Assembly: GCA_000934665.2 (NCBI GenBank)
Contig: KZ538614.1
Span: 1-59,301, forward strand
DNA from: Catajapyx aquilonaris
Taxonomy: Eukaryota
DNA: 59,301 nucleotides
Direction of reading: 5' to 3'
Below are positions 25,597 through 39,113 of the stretch, piece after piece. The first letter of the stretch is position 1. The number at the start of each line of letters is the position of its first letter. The notes beneath the pieces were generated by a model. The model did not search any database, was not told the origin of the DNA, and saw nothing but the letters and a program-made list of their open reading frames with translations. A program made the position numbers and the translations under genes.

Positions 25597-25832
25597 TAAG
25601 TGACACAGTATGAACAACGGCCAGAAGATGGCTCTGCCATGGAAGCTGTTCCCATCCCGGCTGGAGCGCTGGACCTTGTATGACGCGGGAGGTGTGTGGG
25701 TGCGGGTGGGTGCAAGCGAGGCAAAGCAGACAAGTCGGTGTGCTTATAATGCGCACTACTCGCCGCCAGCAGGCGAAAGGAGAGGACGGCGAGTGACGGG
25801 CCTGTCAATCGGGCCGGGTGTAGAGTGCGAAC

Positions 25833-28800
25833 ATGTCTGTAGCGTTACTGGCTGTCATCGCAGTATTTTTATGCCTCCTGTTCCGTCTGCTCAACGTCGG
25901 AAGCCAGCCCCAGCGGCCGTACCTGCTGTGCCGAGATGTCAAGTTCCTGGACTGTGCTTTGAAGGCGTCACCACGCTTACAGGAGCCGTAAGTTGCAAGT
26001 GTTTGACATGTATCTTACACCATCGAATGACATCAGAATCTGCTTATTGCTTAATATGAGACCTCGTGCTCGAAGTATGGGAAGTTGTCAAGGACGAAAC
26101 AATCAGCGGGTTGGGATTTACAGTCTGTACAACTTTCGAATTCAGGCAGAGCAGGAAAGAGGAAGGTTAGCGAGGACGGATGGAAAAAAAGTTGTATGGG
26201 TGACAGTTGATGTGACAGGTCTTGCAGGATGGGCACGAACGGAAAGGGATATTATTGAACCATGATGTAATCCGGTTACACCTGACAGGTGCAATTACTT
26301 CTAGGAAGATATGGTATCATAGCAGGGTGGGATGAGTCAAAATACTAGCAGATGGTTAGTCACAGCTATTTTGTGTATCAGGAACTGATTCTGCGGCTTT
26401 ACGTGCAGATATACCATTGTTAGAATTGATGCCTGGAAAAAGAAACCGAAGCGTGTGATTTGCAGAGTGTATTTTGTACTGATTAAAATGAAAGGGCCAG
26501 CAGTAAGTTGCATAGACAGTTACATGGAAGTATGCATGAAACATGTAGAGGAGAACAGGAGGTGTGGTTTTAACATTGAAAAATTGAAGAATGTTGTTGA
26601 TAGGCATCCAGCCAGCTTTTCCTTATATTATGAGTTTACAGGGCTCCTCTTTTATTTACTAGGGGCAAACTACATGCACTTTTCAACCAAAGCATTTCAG
26701 ATTGCATGTTTCATGTTGTGCCTGCTTGATGTTGAAATCATTACGTAACAGGTTTTTATCATCTGCGCATGATGTCATCTGGTGTTTGCGAAATGATGGC
26801 TTCAGATGCTAATATACAGGGTGGTGCACTATCCAAGTTCACAGTCCAACAAAGGAATGGGGGAAGGAGTATTATTACTGTTTATCCCAGCAATCAGTTT
26901 TAAGAGAAGAAACCTGTTTTAAGCAACAATTACAGGGCCACAATCACTTCCTGTTTTAACAGGTTGATGGTGTAAACAATCCATAACTTTCCTCTTCTTT
27001 GGGAATGTAGACATGGGCCGTGCACTACTCAATATAATTGATAATTTTGAAAATTGATGGGCTTGGGGAGCAAACTTTAAGAAGACTGTATCAATTAACC
27101 TCATTACTAATTTAACTGATATTATTGTGGGAAATTATGTAAATGGATGGTAAATCTAAACTAATTATTTATTGACGCAATATTGCACTTATTTTGGAAT
27201 TACCCTGTGTTCATCCTTGACATTTTTGTGCCATATTATTAGGATAGGATCCCTTCCAGGATGGAGAACTTTGATATTTTCTGGCAATGTTAGAAAATGC
27301 CAAATTTCCAACAAATTTCATGAGTTGTTTATTGTTTACGACAAATAATATTTTTCATAAAATAAATAATAATCATGCAATCCTGTTTACACAATGTGGA
27401 AATCCTTAAAATGTGACAGTGCAATGGGAAACCAATGACCTGTGACCATTTGAAATGTGAAAAGTTAATTTTCAAATCCAATTGTTCAGTTGGGGATCTC
27501 ATTATGCAAAAACTGAGTGTCACTTTTTCATCAAATATTATTGGAAACAAGCTCACTAAAAATGATTGTGATTGGAACTGAAAATGATCCTATAAGGCAG
27601 TCTTTTCATTCTGTATCCTTCAGTATTCTGGTAGGCTATGTTCACAATACAGTAATGGGATATGTCATATATAGGAATGATTTGAGGGGTGTATTGGAAA
27701 AACATGATAACTGACAAAGGTGTAATTTTGCAGGAGAGCGAATTGAAGTTTGCAGTATAGCAAATCATAGGGAATGCTGGTTTTGATCTAGTCCGTGTGG
27801 CCGTCTCGTGCATGATACGTGAACTTGGAGTATACCAAACTGTTTGTCATGTCTTATAAGTAGTTGCTAGGTGTTTAGGTCACAAATGACAAAAATGTCA
27901 GTTATCATGTTTTTCCACCACACCCCTCATTTTATATGGCAGTAAATGAAGTTATTCCTGGATGTAAATGAAATATTATCATTTGTCTTAGACAATGGGA
28001 CATTTTTACAGTTCTCATAAAATAAGAGAGAAAATGTGGACAGAAATTGTTTTGTGTTCATTGCCATGCATTAAAAGCAACTTTAATTTGTCTTAAAATT
28101 TTGTTGTGGACTGTCTTTCAGAAAACAATGATTTTTCTATCTGACATTAATAGGGCAAGAAATCTCATGACTCAGTGCTCAGGACATAAAATAATTGTTA
28201 CAAAAGCCATCAATTTGAGTGCACAGAACCTCCCAACTGGTGGGGTGCACGAACGGGTGGCAGGGGGCGCGGGGCAAATCCCAAAATTATGTGACTTGAA
28301 ACAGGCGCAAAAGTCGCACTGATTAGGTAAGTACAGTACTTCTGTACAGCCAGCCTTGGTGGACTAGTGGTTAGCACGCTTGCCTCTGGTCCCAAGGTTG
28401 TGGGTTCGAACCCGGCCGAGGTCGGTGACTTTTCTCCGGGTGGTGGAAAAGTGAGAGTGTGCCTTCCTTCGGAGGGGAAGTAAAGCCGTCGGTGCCGTGT
28501 GCTTGTGTCTTTGCGCGAGTGCACGTTAAAGATCCCCAGGAGGACCACCCCCTGGCGTTGGTGTTGAGCCTTAGCGGCAGAAATAGGCCGACGTTAAGCC
28601 CCACTGAAAGTAAAGTACTTCTGTACATTCCTAAACTACTTATTGTGCCTAGACGGGTGGGGGGTGGGGGGGACAATGTGGCATAGGTTGAGAACCTCTG
28701 GCATAGTACAAGGTCAAAGTTAAATTGTATGGGGCCATAAAAAGGGACTTACAGATCACATTGTGGATAGGCATTATGTTCAAATAGATAAGCAACTTCT

Positions 28801-31800
28801 ACTAAAATTGCATTCATTGCATACAGGGGAGATTTCAGGAGATTCATGATACGTCTTGAGTTTTCTTGTCGAGATTGTTCCTAATGGTACTGAAAGGAAA
28901 AGTGAAACTCAATTTTTATTATCTGGCTAGTGCTTGAGTTGTGAAAATATGATTTTGCAGATTTCTCACGCTTAGGCAAAATGTGCCAGGAATCTTCCAT
29001 AATTGATAAGCTTATTTCAATTGTTATGGCAAATACATTTTTCGAGTTGCAAATTGTTCACCGAAGTTTATTGATATTGACTCACAATAGACTTAGGTCA
29101 ACATTTAAGTTAATAAATTTAGAATTAAAGCACACCTTTTTATAGAATCAGCATAATAAATATCATTAACTTATTGTTGGGATGACCCTTTCCAGCATAT
29201 CCCAAATGTGCGGGATAATAACTGAATTTCATTTTGACTCAAAAAAAATTTAAACAGTGCCCCACTATTTCTATACCCTGCTGGATGTGACCTATTGTTC
29301 TAGAGGCCCTTGTTCTATTGGATGATTGAGCACAGTTTGCTTGTGGCGGCCTTGTGGAATGTAATGTCTGTTTCAATACTCGACAATACCACCACCACCA
29401 CCACATGTTCTAGCGTGATGGGCTAATTCTTTCAATTGGGTATTGCAATGCAAAAGCAGTAGCATATAGGCATTAATTTCATTGAACTGAAGTTGTTGAT
29501 AACTTTAAAAATTGGCTGTCACTTGTCCTTCCATACAAATTAAAATAAAATTGTTCGAAAGTGTCTCACCCAGTATGTCACCATTTGAACCTTGAGAATA
29601 TTGCAGATTTCATGCCTGTATGATTGCAACTCAGAGAACAAGTACATAAGAACTGGTTTCAGCATTTTATATAATACCAGAACAATATCTACTAAAAATT
29701 ATTGAAAAGTCTATTCTTGGAGCTCTCCTTTTCATAACTCATGATATGTGTCAAAAAAGATAATAATCAGTAGTAGGTGCAGCAGAGACTATGGTATTTT
29801 ATGAGAAACACATCACTGTAATATTTAATATTACCAATTGAGCACATTCATAATCTAAACTTCAGTAATCTAAGGAACTTCAAATTACTCAGTTGCTGTG
29901 ACTTTCATATATTTTTTTGAAGCACCAAGGCCATTCACATACAAATCCAAAGGTGAGAACCTTTTCGTTACTGGGAATATGCTTACCAACGGAGAGGAAA
30001 TTGTTTACTTTTGAAGCGTCTTGGAATTTCCTAGTGCTGCATGCTGGCGAGAAAAAAACACAAAATATGTCAATCCGAATATGTGCATAATTTGAGAACT
30101 TTCGAATGGAAGCGAATGATTTATTTCACAGCCATGCTTTATAGGTTTGACATTCACCTTAATGAGTGTTGGAACAAGTAACTTATATTTTAAAGTTTCG
30201 TATAATAGTGGAAATTATGTCATCCAAAAGCGGTCATAATGCAATTGTAATTTCAACCTACTCTCCTCTCTCTATGGATGAGGTAACATCATTTTCAAAG
30301 CATGTTTTGACAAAAAAAAAAAACAATGAGAATCAACTAAGCAGCGTAATATTGAACTTTGAGTCTCAGAACTGTCATGATTCATTGATTTGGTGGGGTN
30401 GACAAAGGGTTACTATTGAGAGAGATTTTGAGGTCAGCTGATATTTCGATGTCCAAAACATCCTGCAGACCTTTTATCTGAGGTCCACTGGTCCAAAATC
30501 CCGGATGTCTGGAAAGTTGATAATCTACTCTGTATGTACCAACCTCTTACATCAGCCACTGTGATTGAGAATAAGGGAATGACGATAGATGATAATTAAC
30601 AAAGGAGATTTGCACCTTTCAAGGTGTTACCTAACTACATCATCTGCCATGTTACTTATTTTTAGGTACATTCCCACAAGGCTATGGGGCTTCAGCGGTC
30701 ATGTGCAGACCGTGCTTCATTCCATAGTTGGCCGAGTGAGGTGCCCATGGCCATTAGGAGAGAGGTGCTTTCTCACTCAGGACGATGGTGCCACACTTAC
30801 ATACGATCTGTACCAGCCAATAGAAGCGCACAACACACAGGGTAAGTGCAAAATTTTCCAATGGATTATCGAGTCGTATTTTTTCCCTTAAGGTTGAGTT
30901 GTGAATAAATAGTTTTAATAGGTGTAGATAATTATTTATAATTTTTTGGTGACGTGGAAGTGAAACTGCAGCATGTGAGCTTGTGCGGGGAAGGATTAAT
31001 TGTTCATTACTCCAACTCCCATCCGCACATGGGCTGATCTTTTCAACTACGGTACTCTTCCAGCAGATGTGGGTAGATCAGTCCTCTCTTCTTACCCATT
31101 GTTATTAAATGGACAGTCAATTGAAAGTGGACCAGTCCACTGCGGACATGATTGATAATAAGTTGAGAAACAAGAATTCTAGGGGTTTGTAAGGTCTCAT
31201 CAACCTGTCGATCAAATGTTTGAAATTTGAGAGGCAATAGTGCCTGTAAAAACTCAATGTCCATCTGACTAAATTGGACCCAACCTACATAAGGGATGAC
31301 AACAGAGATATCGTGTGGAGGGGGTGGAGGATCAAAGTGACCTCTTGATGGTCGTCAGTGATACATTATACCAATCATATGCCACCTGAATCACACTGGA
31401 CATTTCATGTGCCCCTGTACTCCTTCCAATGTCAAGAACTAGATAATTCCAGAAGTTCTTCCACACGATTTGCATCTAAAGTGGGCCCAGTTCTGCTTGG
31501 GGAGGTGTCAGTTTTTGACTTCCTGCGATACTACTTTTGCTCTGATGTGAACCAAACATTTTAAATGTGTAGTACAGGGTGACTCTAAAGTCTGGATCAT
31601 GGTCAGGTCGCTCAACTCCCTCCCCCAATGCATGAGCTTAGATGCGCACGGGTGAATGTTGATTTGGCGCTGCTGTCCCTCCACCAAGCATTACTTCGGT
31701 CCGTGTTCGGGTGGCTGGCGAATGGTGCTCTGCAAACGTGCTATGGAGCCATAGCTGTAGTGGAAAGGACGGTTTGAGTTGGTTCAGAAGCGATCCGCCC

Positions 31801-34800
31801 AAATGTGACCCTGATCGTAATGCTCTGTGGACCGATTCCAGCGCCAAATCGAACATTCTCCCGTGGGGGGAAGCGCACCTAAGCTCACGGGCCTCTACAT
31901 AAGGCTGGGATAGATGTTGCGGGGGGCTGGTCTGGATACGTAGGTAATTGAATTGCATTGTTGGTTGCCAGTTATGCCAACGCCAAGTGCCAACTCAACC
32001 TTTACTGACTGTCAATAATCTGCTAGTTGGCACAACTGGAAACGAACAATTCAATCCAATTGCCTATGTATCCTGACTTTATTTTTTAAATACCCCGTGA
32101 TAGGGCGGAGCCCTTTTAGGGGGGAAGGAGGATGTTTCCAAATGGAGGGCACTGTAATTGTAGTCATTTATGACTTTCTGAAGTACACCACACCTTTTCT
32201 CCTGGCCCTGGGCAGAATAGGGAGGCCAATTCTGCCCCGGCATGTCAGGTGAAAAGCGGAAAAAGACCCGGCCAAGCAGAGGTGATGGGGACGGGATTTG
32301 AACCCCGGCCTCCCGCTTGGCTGGCCAGTGGCGTAACCACCAGACCACCATGCCTCCCTTATGTATCCTGACTTTAGAGTCACCCTGTAGACTAATCTTT
32401 CCATGTTCAAGTTCACAAGGCAGTGCTGACCTTAGGAGTCCTTATACCACCCACTAGACCAACCCAAAACACAAAAGATACTGACAATAATATGCTGGTG
32501 AAATTGTCACAAAATGGACATGATAATTTCTGAGGTACTGCACCTTGAGTCATATATGTAACATAAAAACTCCGTCTTGGTAAGGGCATTATAACCCTAA
32601 GGTGTGTTCCAAAGCTTGCAAGAACGAGAATTTTTCAATAAATTCAGGACTTTTTAGTGTGAATGAGAAGGCGTGGACCAATGGGGTTCAAGAATTGGCT
32701 TCTTCTCACTCATGCTTAATTGCAATTTATCACGAGCTCGGGAACACACCTTATAGGTTATCATGTTGGGGTAGTGGTGATATAAGATAGGTGGTATATC
32801 AACCCTGCCTTGTAAGCATAAATGGGCTATAATAATAATAATGGCTATTTGCCTGCATGCTGCTTTGATGAGTGGCTGTTTGCATTCCAAGGGATGACAA
32901 TGTTGTTATTGCAAAGATGGTTTTAGTCAGTAATCAAGTGATACCAAATGTATGTGTGTATTTTCTGCCAGGCTGTGGAATGAAGGCATATCTGTTGTAC
33001 ACAACCATATGAGATAATTTGGGCTGTTGTGACCACAGTCTTGTTATGACTGTTATTTGTGTAGACCTTGATTCACTTGTACCAACATAATTTTGGTACT
33101 GGGATAAGTAATTCATCATGTTTTTATGCCACTTCATGATTAGAGGTATTACCTTAGTCAGGGATCTGCTCTTTATGTTACCAAACATGTAAAATGGACA
33201 ATGTCAAATTGTCACTTGGTTTTTGTCTCTTGGATTTACTGCAGTATTATGTGATGAGTGCAGTCTTCCAGCATTACTTGGATTGTGATTGTTTTCAGGT
33301 GACTACACTTTAGCTGTCTGCCCTGGCATCTGTAATAGCAGCGAGAGTATATATGTGCGCACTTTTGTTCATCATGCGCAGAGGAGAGGTTTTCGTTGTG
33401 CTGTGTTAAATCACATAGGAACATTGACTTCAGTTCCACTTACATCAGCTCGGATCTTCACATATGGTGAGGATTTTAGAACTGCAGCTAGTACCTTAAA
33501 GTATAATTTTAAAAGACTTGTAACCTGCACGATGTTGAGAGATGTTGCAAACATTCTTCACTGGGTTGATTTCCACAGGTCACACTGATGATTACTCTTT
33601 GATGCTTGGTCACTTGATGGAGCAGTATCCAAGTACAAAGTTAATAGCTGTTGGATTCAGTATGGGAGGAAACATAGTAACCAAGTATGTGGGTGAGAAG
33701 AAGAAGCTGCCGGAAAGTCTCATTGGTGCCATTTCAGTGTGCCAAGGATATAATGCTTTGAGGTAAGATACTGAACTGCAGTTTACTATTCTGAACAATT
33801 TTTTAAAAAGGTTGTTGACCTACTCATTAGTGATTTCCATCAATGGCTTTTCATTGTGGTGAGAATGATTTACTTGCATCTTGTGCCCCACAGGTTGTTG
33901 CTGGTAAGTATGTATTTGATGTTGGAGTTGAATTTCACAATTGTGTAGAAATGAGACAAATTGTGTGTAATTGGGGTGGTAAGAAAGCCTGGCTTGTAGT
34001 TACTTGTTTGAAGCTAGTGAAGTTTAGTGATGGTGAAAATTCAAGTTATTCAGTCTGGCAAGAATAGGGGGAAATAAAGGAGTGAGGCAGTGTGTAGAAC
34101 CACAGATGTTCAGATTTAAAAGGCAGATCTCACCTGCTGCCTCATCCTAATGTCACCTATTTTGTGCAATCAAACGTACAACTTAGGGAAATATGGTGCT
34201 TGGTAAGACCCAGAGTTGTCATGCCATGTGTATGATAATTTCTGAGGTATCATATGTTAGATGCTGTCAAATGCATGCCATGACAACTCCACATCATGAT
34301 GAGTTGCTTCTTGCCGTAAGTTATTGCAGTTGGGTTGAATTTTGGGGTGACTCTTACATAAGGCAGAACCTGGGAGCTGCCTCTTAACTTTTAACCGCCG
34401 TGTCCGTCCTCCACGGACAAATACAGACAAAGATTTTGGGAATTTTTTGCAAAAAATCTATACATCATAAATGAATGTGGTTTTCGGCATATTCACAAGC
34501 AAAAAACGCAGAATTCAACACAAAAATCACATGCTCAAGTGCTTTGTCTGACTTTTTCGTATGACGTCATCTTCCGGCTGTCATATTAGAAAAAGTTCTA
34601 TGGGGCAATGATAGAGATTGTATGAAGTCTAGCTCAATTCTGGGAACTTGGTACAGTATTACCTCTCATATTGCGGCATGCCGGTGTAGGCGAGGTCAAC
34701 CAGTTTTTAGAAATGCATGATCTGGTGGCTATACCGGCATGCCGGTATAAGGCGAGGTTTTCACATAAGTTACATTATCCTTTCTGAACTTGACATTTGC

Positions 34801-36872
34801 CTGAAAATCGAAATGCACGTAAAGGCTATCGAAAAGGCACATTTTCCAAATAGGGTACCTGTACCATATATTGTTTTCAGTCGCAGTGTTTGGCAATAAT
34901 CTCTATTTAAACAGTATGTTAGAGCAGGGAGTTCCCCTGTCAAAGCAGGCTGACGATGGGATTGGTCATACACTCTACATTTTTTAAATGCACTGTGCAA
35001 CAGAACTGACATAATTATTCTCACAGTCTGTACACTTGCCCATTTTCATTGTAGCATTATTTTAGTATGGTACCAGATTACCAGAAGCATTCCAAAAAAT
35101 TTGGCAAGGATCAAAATTACGGAAATCTACTTTGGTTATTGCGCATGCCGGCCACCCCCGGGTTATACCAGCATGCTGGTCGATCTCATTTTATACCGGC
35201 ATGCCGCAATATGAGAGGTAATACGGTAATTAGTTAGATAGGATTCTAAGCAATATTTTGCATATAATCACTCTTTGAACCCGTAAACTTCACCGCTACT
35301 TTTTTTCTGACCCCCCAAGTAGCTGCGTAATATATGTAGTTGTAGCTGTTATGTTACGCACGGCCTAGACTGGGGGGGTGGCGCAGTAAATCTGGCGGGA
35401 GCAGCGATTCAGTGTGGTTCGAATAATATACGCGGCATGGGGCTAACACACGCCTTGGTGACATATTGAATTTTTTAAATGCGATTAAGTAATGCATGAG
35501 TCATGCCGGGGAGTAGCTGCGGTTAAAGAGTTCAAGCTGGGCCATCCATGAATTGGCAGGGTGGGGAACTAGCATTCAAGATTAGGATGAGTGTGACTGA
35601 ATACAAAAATTATAGCTTTTTAAAGTGAGTAGTAAGCATTCAATCATTGAACATATGCTTATATACCAGTGACAATTTGCAAGCAGTTTGATGCTGAGTT
35701 TTCTGATGAGTGCTGTATGGGCCGGTTCGGTGAGGGCCCCGCACCCCACAATTGCCCCGGGCCCCGCAAAGCCTGGCGACGGCCCTGACTCCTCCATATG
35801 CTGGGCCTTCATTTGTAATTTTGTACTTCGGCAGGGCTATGGACTACCTCTTGCAGTGGCAGAATTTTCGTCGTTTCTACCTCTATGTGATGACAGAAAA
35901 TATGAAGAGAACCATTGCACAGCACCGATCCATCCTTCTGTCTGAGGATGTGAAACAGAAGCAACAGATCAATGAGCGGGATGTCTTCTCTGCAGCAACT
36001 TTACCTGAGTTGGATGATGCTTATACCAGGTTGGCAGTTATTTTGATATCTTATGTTTGTGTGTATAATGTTGAGTGTGTATAGCATTTCACATTTAAAA
36101 TTTGGGTAGACCAGCTTTTTGAAAGCTTCAAAGTAGGGACAATCCTGTAAGCATGGTTCTTCCAGGTGTTTGCACTTTATTGGCATTCACATTGTGCATA
36201 TTAGTTCTTTAGCCTGGAATTGGACTTGAATGACTTGGCAATCAACATGATTTAAGAGTGTTTCCAATAGGATATACTGTAACTGATATTTCCATTGGAT
36301 AATAATGTTGATAATGCCCTTTAACTGGGTATGTACTAGAGATCTGGTAATGTTGTTATGCCACCAAACTCCTTATTGTGTTTGAGGGGAAGTACATTCT
36401 ACAGGTGTGTAAATTTGTATACACTGCAGTTGAGTAGAACATGTGAAAGGACTCTCCTGATATGTTTACAATATGGTATTTTAGACTTAAAAGTAGGCAA
36501 CTGATATTCAATGATTCTGTTATTTGCAGGCGTGTGTGTGGATTTGCTTCAGTCTCCGATTTCTACAGCTGGCAAAGCTGTGAAACATATATGGAGGACT
36601 TTAGCATCCCTATGGTGTTCATTAATGCCCGAGATGACCCAATAGTTCCAGAACCTCTCCTCGAGCCCGTCCGCACTTTTGCTGCCACTCGCTCCTCCAC
36701 ACTTTATGTGGAACCTGCCCATGGTGGGCATTTGGGTTTTTATGAAGGTGGTCTTTTGTATCCCAACCCAGTCACTTGGTTAGACAGGACACTAGTTGAT
36801 TTGGCCAATGCCATTTTAGCATACTCCATTGTCACTGGTGGTGATGATCGCATGTCTTCTGTTGTGTCTTGA
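25833..36872 (+). CDS. ABHD2: Abhydrolase domain-containing protein 2 (ABHD2/Hydr2 ortholog), 406 aa, 6 coding exons
   Basis: Exons 25833-25987, 30666-30841, 33299-33466, 33579-33762, 35835-36029, 36530-36872; all GT-AG, phase-consistent, 1221 nt. N-terminal signal anchor MSVALLAVIAVFLCLLFRLLNV, YIPTRLWGFSGHVQT, CPGICNSSES, nucleophile GFSMGG, NARDDP, HGGHLGF. Confidence 0.95.
27683..27929. mobile_element. Mariner-like MITE
   Basis: TGAGGGGTGTATTGGAAAAACATGATAACTGACA ... TGTCAGTTATCATGTTTTTCCACCACACCCCTCA. Confidence 0.75.
28349..28613 (+). mobile_element. tRNA-derived SINE, family C
   Basis: A box TGGACTAGTGG, B box GGTTCGAACCC, 14-bp TSD AGTACTTCTGTACA (28335-28348 and 28614-28627). Confidence 0.9.
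31575..32387. mobile_element. Tc1/mariner-like non-autonomous element with a SINE in its right TIR
   Basis: TA-CAGGGTGACTCTAAAGTCTGGAT ... ATCCTGACTTTAGAGTCACCCTG-TA. Confidence 0.85.
32082..32359 (-). mobile_element. tRNA-derived SINE, family D (3' tail shared with family A)
   Basis: Head TGGTCTGGTGG...GGTTCAAATCCC; 17-bp TSD TATGTATCCTGACTTTA (32065-32081 and 32360-32376). Confidence 0.85.
34388..35530. mobile_element. piggyBac-like non-autonomous element
   Basis: TTAA-CTTTTAACCGC ... GCGGTTAAAGAG-TTCA, a degenerate TIR and TSD. Confidence 0.55.
34654..35226. mobile_element. Nested pogo/Tc1-like MITE
   Basis: TA-CAGTATTACCTCTCATATTGCGGCATGCCGGT ... ACCGGCATGCCGCAATATGAGAGGTAATACGG-TA; repeated CCGGCATGCCGG palindromes. 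Confidence 0.85.
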
Positions 36873-37306
36873 GGGTGACTTTTTTACACATTGTGCCAAT
36901 CTTTATAAGGGAGTGACTTGCTTTGAGTTCAAGTAACTTGGTTATATTTTACTGTGAAGTTCTTCCATGCCTATCCTACTGACCAAAGAATTGTGATTAT
37001 TTCTCTTACTTGTTTATGCTCCCATCAAATATGTAATCTCTATGCCATCACAGCTAAGTTGGACACATTTTTGGAAGGAGCGAGTGTATGATTAGAACAG
37101 AGGACATTTGTAAGCTCCGGATTACTCAATATCAGTTTGCCTGAGTGCAAGAGGGATTCATGTTCCAAGCAATGGAATGGTTAGATGTTCAGTTACATGC
37201 AGACCTCTACAGTCTAATACAGGCAGCTCCTGACTTATGTAGCCTCAGATCTGGACTTACATGATATTTCCAGCATGCCCAAAAAATAGGTTTTATATCT
37301 GTTTCA

Positions 37307-37491
37307 AGCTGCGTTTACATGTGAGCGATTTGACGAGCGAAGTTGTCGCTGAGTGAAGTAACCAATATTGTTTGAGGTAAAAGTAACAATTGATTTTTGC
37401 CTCCGACAATACTGGTTACTCGGGTTACTCAGCGATGTTATCGCTCGGCGTTGACATTGCGCGATCAAATCGCTCACATGTAAACGCACCT
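37307..37491. mobile_element. PIF/Harbinger-like MITE downstream of the ABHD2 stop
   Basis: AGCTGCGTTTACATGTGAGCGATTTGA ... TCAAATCGCTCACATGTAAACGCACCT, flanked by TCA and TTA. Confidence 0.8.
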
Positions 37492-37703
37492 TTACCATCT
37501 GAATTTACAAGCTAACTGGTAATGCCAAAAAAGACCTATTATTACGAGAAAACAGGTTCAATTGCCATGCATGGCAACTCAAATTAGTCTGCCTGAACTT
37601 GTTCCGTTACCCAGTTTACATGTGTATAAGGTGTGCAGGACTCCGAAACTGCAATACTTTTTATCAGGTCACCCATCTTGGCTCAAAGTGATTTAATATA
37701 ATA

Positions 37704-38078
37704 CAGGGTGTTTCATACTTGTCCAGCCAATGGCCGTCAGTGTATTCCTTGGGCCAAAACAAGGCAAAAATGTAGGGGGGAGAAATGTCGAGGGACCAAC
37801 CGTTAATGAGATAGATGACCAGAAACATTGGCTGGTGGTTGCCGAAGTTGCAAGATATGAGCGGTGATAATCACTTCTGTGAAAGCAGTGACATTGCAAA
37901 TCTCAACAGTTGTGATTTTCACGCTCATATCCTGCTCCTTCGGCAATCACCAGCCAATGTTTCTGGTCGTCTACCTCATTAACAGTTGGTCCCTCGACAT
38001 TTCTCCCCCCTATATTTTTGACTTTTTGGCTCAAGGAATATGATGACAGCCGTCGGCGGGACTAGCAATAACACCCTG
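37704..38078. mobile_element. Foldback Tc1/mariner-like MITE
   Basis: TA-CAGGGTGTT ... AACACCCTG-TA; long complementary arms (GGGGGAGAAATGTCGAGGGACCAAC / GTTGGTCCCTCGACATTTCTCCCCC). Confidence 0.85.
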
Positions 38079-39113
38079 TATATATAATTGTGAACTTTGT
38101 ACTTATTGCGGGTTTGTATCATCACCATTACTGTTGGTTGTGTGTGCCAGATGCCAAGGAATGTTATTGCCAATCTGGATATTATTAATTGGAAGCCTTG
38201 AAATTGGGGACCCAACAAAAGTGTTGTAGTTTCGGAATATTATGTAAGGTACAGTTTATAATATACTATGCCTGAGAGTTCAGTAAATTCGATTGAGCAT
38301 AGCATTTGGGGACGAACCACTAATCTAAGTGAATACTGTCATTAATCAATAGCCACAAGCAACAACCTGAGGTTTAAAAAAAAATCCAGCAGGTTTTTTT
38401 TTCTGATCCTTACCAAACTTTCAAGCAGACATAATGGCCCCCTTCCAATTATAGCTTAAAAACACAGAGAATGCCAAATGCCCTTCTTGCTGTGATGCCA
38501 TATGGGCTGCAGTTGTGCTACTTTTTTTGGAATTAGTTTTGTTGGTACACTGAACCGTGTAGCTAACTCAAGGCACATGTAATGGTTTGTGTGGGGCATC
38601 AACATCAGTGTTCACTGCAATTTTTGTGCATAATGTCTTGTTAAGGAGTGAAATGTATAATGACCTGATTGGGAACAGTGTTGTGCTTTCAAGCTAGGCA
38701 TTTACTTGCATATCACCCCCTCATACTGGGCTAAGTGAAATTGTTGGGTTAAATTATGCCAAATGTGCTTCTATAGGATATATGTGATCCTCATGTTATG
38801 TTGTATGATGTCAGGGGCAATGCAGGGCAGTGTAACTTGTGTCAGGCCTGATTTAAATGGCAGCTGTCAAGGCAAAGGGTATTTGAATTGGGACTTGCTT
38901 ATAGAGCTATGCCCTACACATTTGCCTCTGCTATAGGGATCTTGAGGTGTTTCCTGTATAATGTTGTTTGTAGTTTTATGTGCTGCAGTGAAACCTCCTA
39001 ACCTGAAAACTTGTTTTCACTACCACATTGTTGTGCCACTTTGGGAAAGGTGGTATAACAGAGAACATTGGTATTTCAATTTCAAATTGACAAGATGTTT
39101 AAGAAACAATCCA

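Noticed and set aside
25610..26059. 149-aa ORF
   Set aside because: Off-frame overlap of the ABHD2 5' region and exon 1; the real frame starts at ATG 25833.
28349..28430. tRNA gene-like sequences (also 25140, 3065-3138, 32290-32359, 46365-46438)
   Set aside because: They continue into SINE bodies with tails and TSDs and lack a proper acceptor stem and terminator, so they are SINE heads.
31043..31264. Possible Penelope-like remnants (MDIEFLQ...; also NSGIQLSRAY near 9995)
   Set aside because: Only a few residues resemble the family, too weak without a search.
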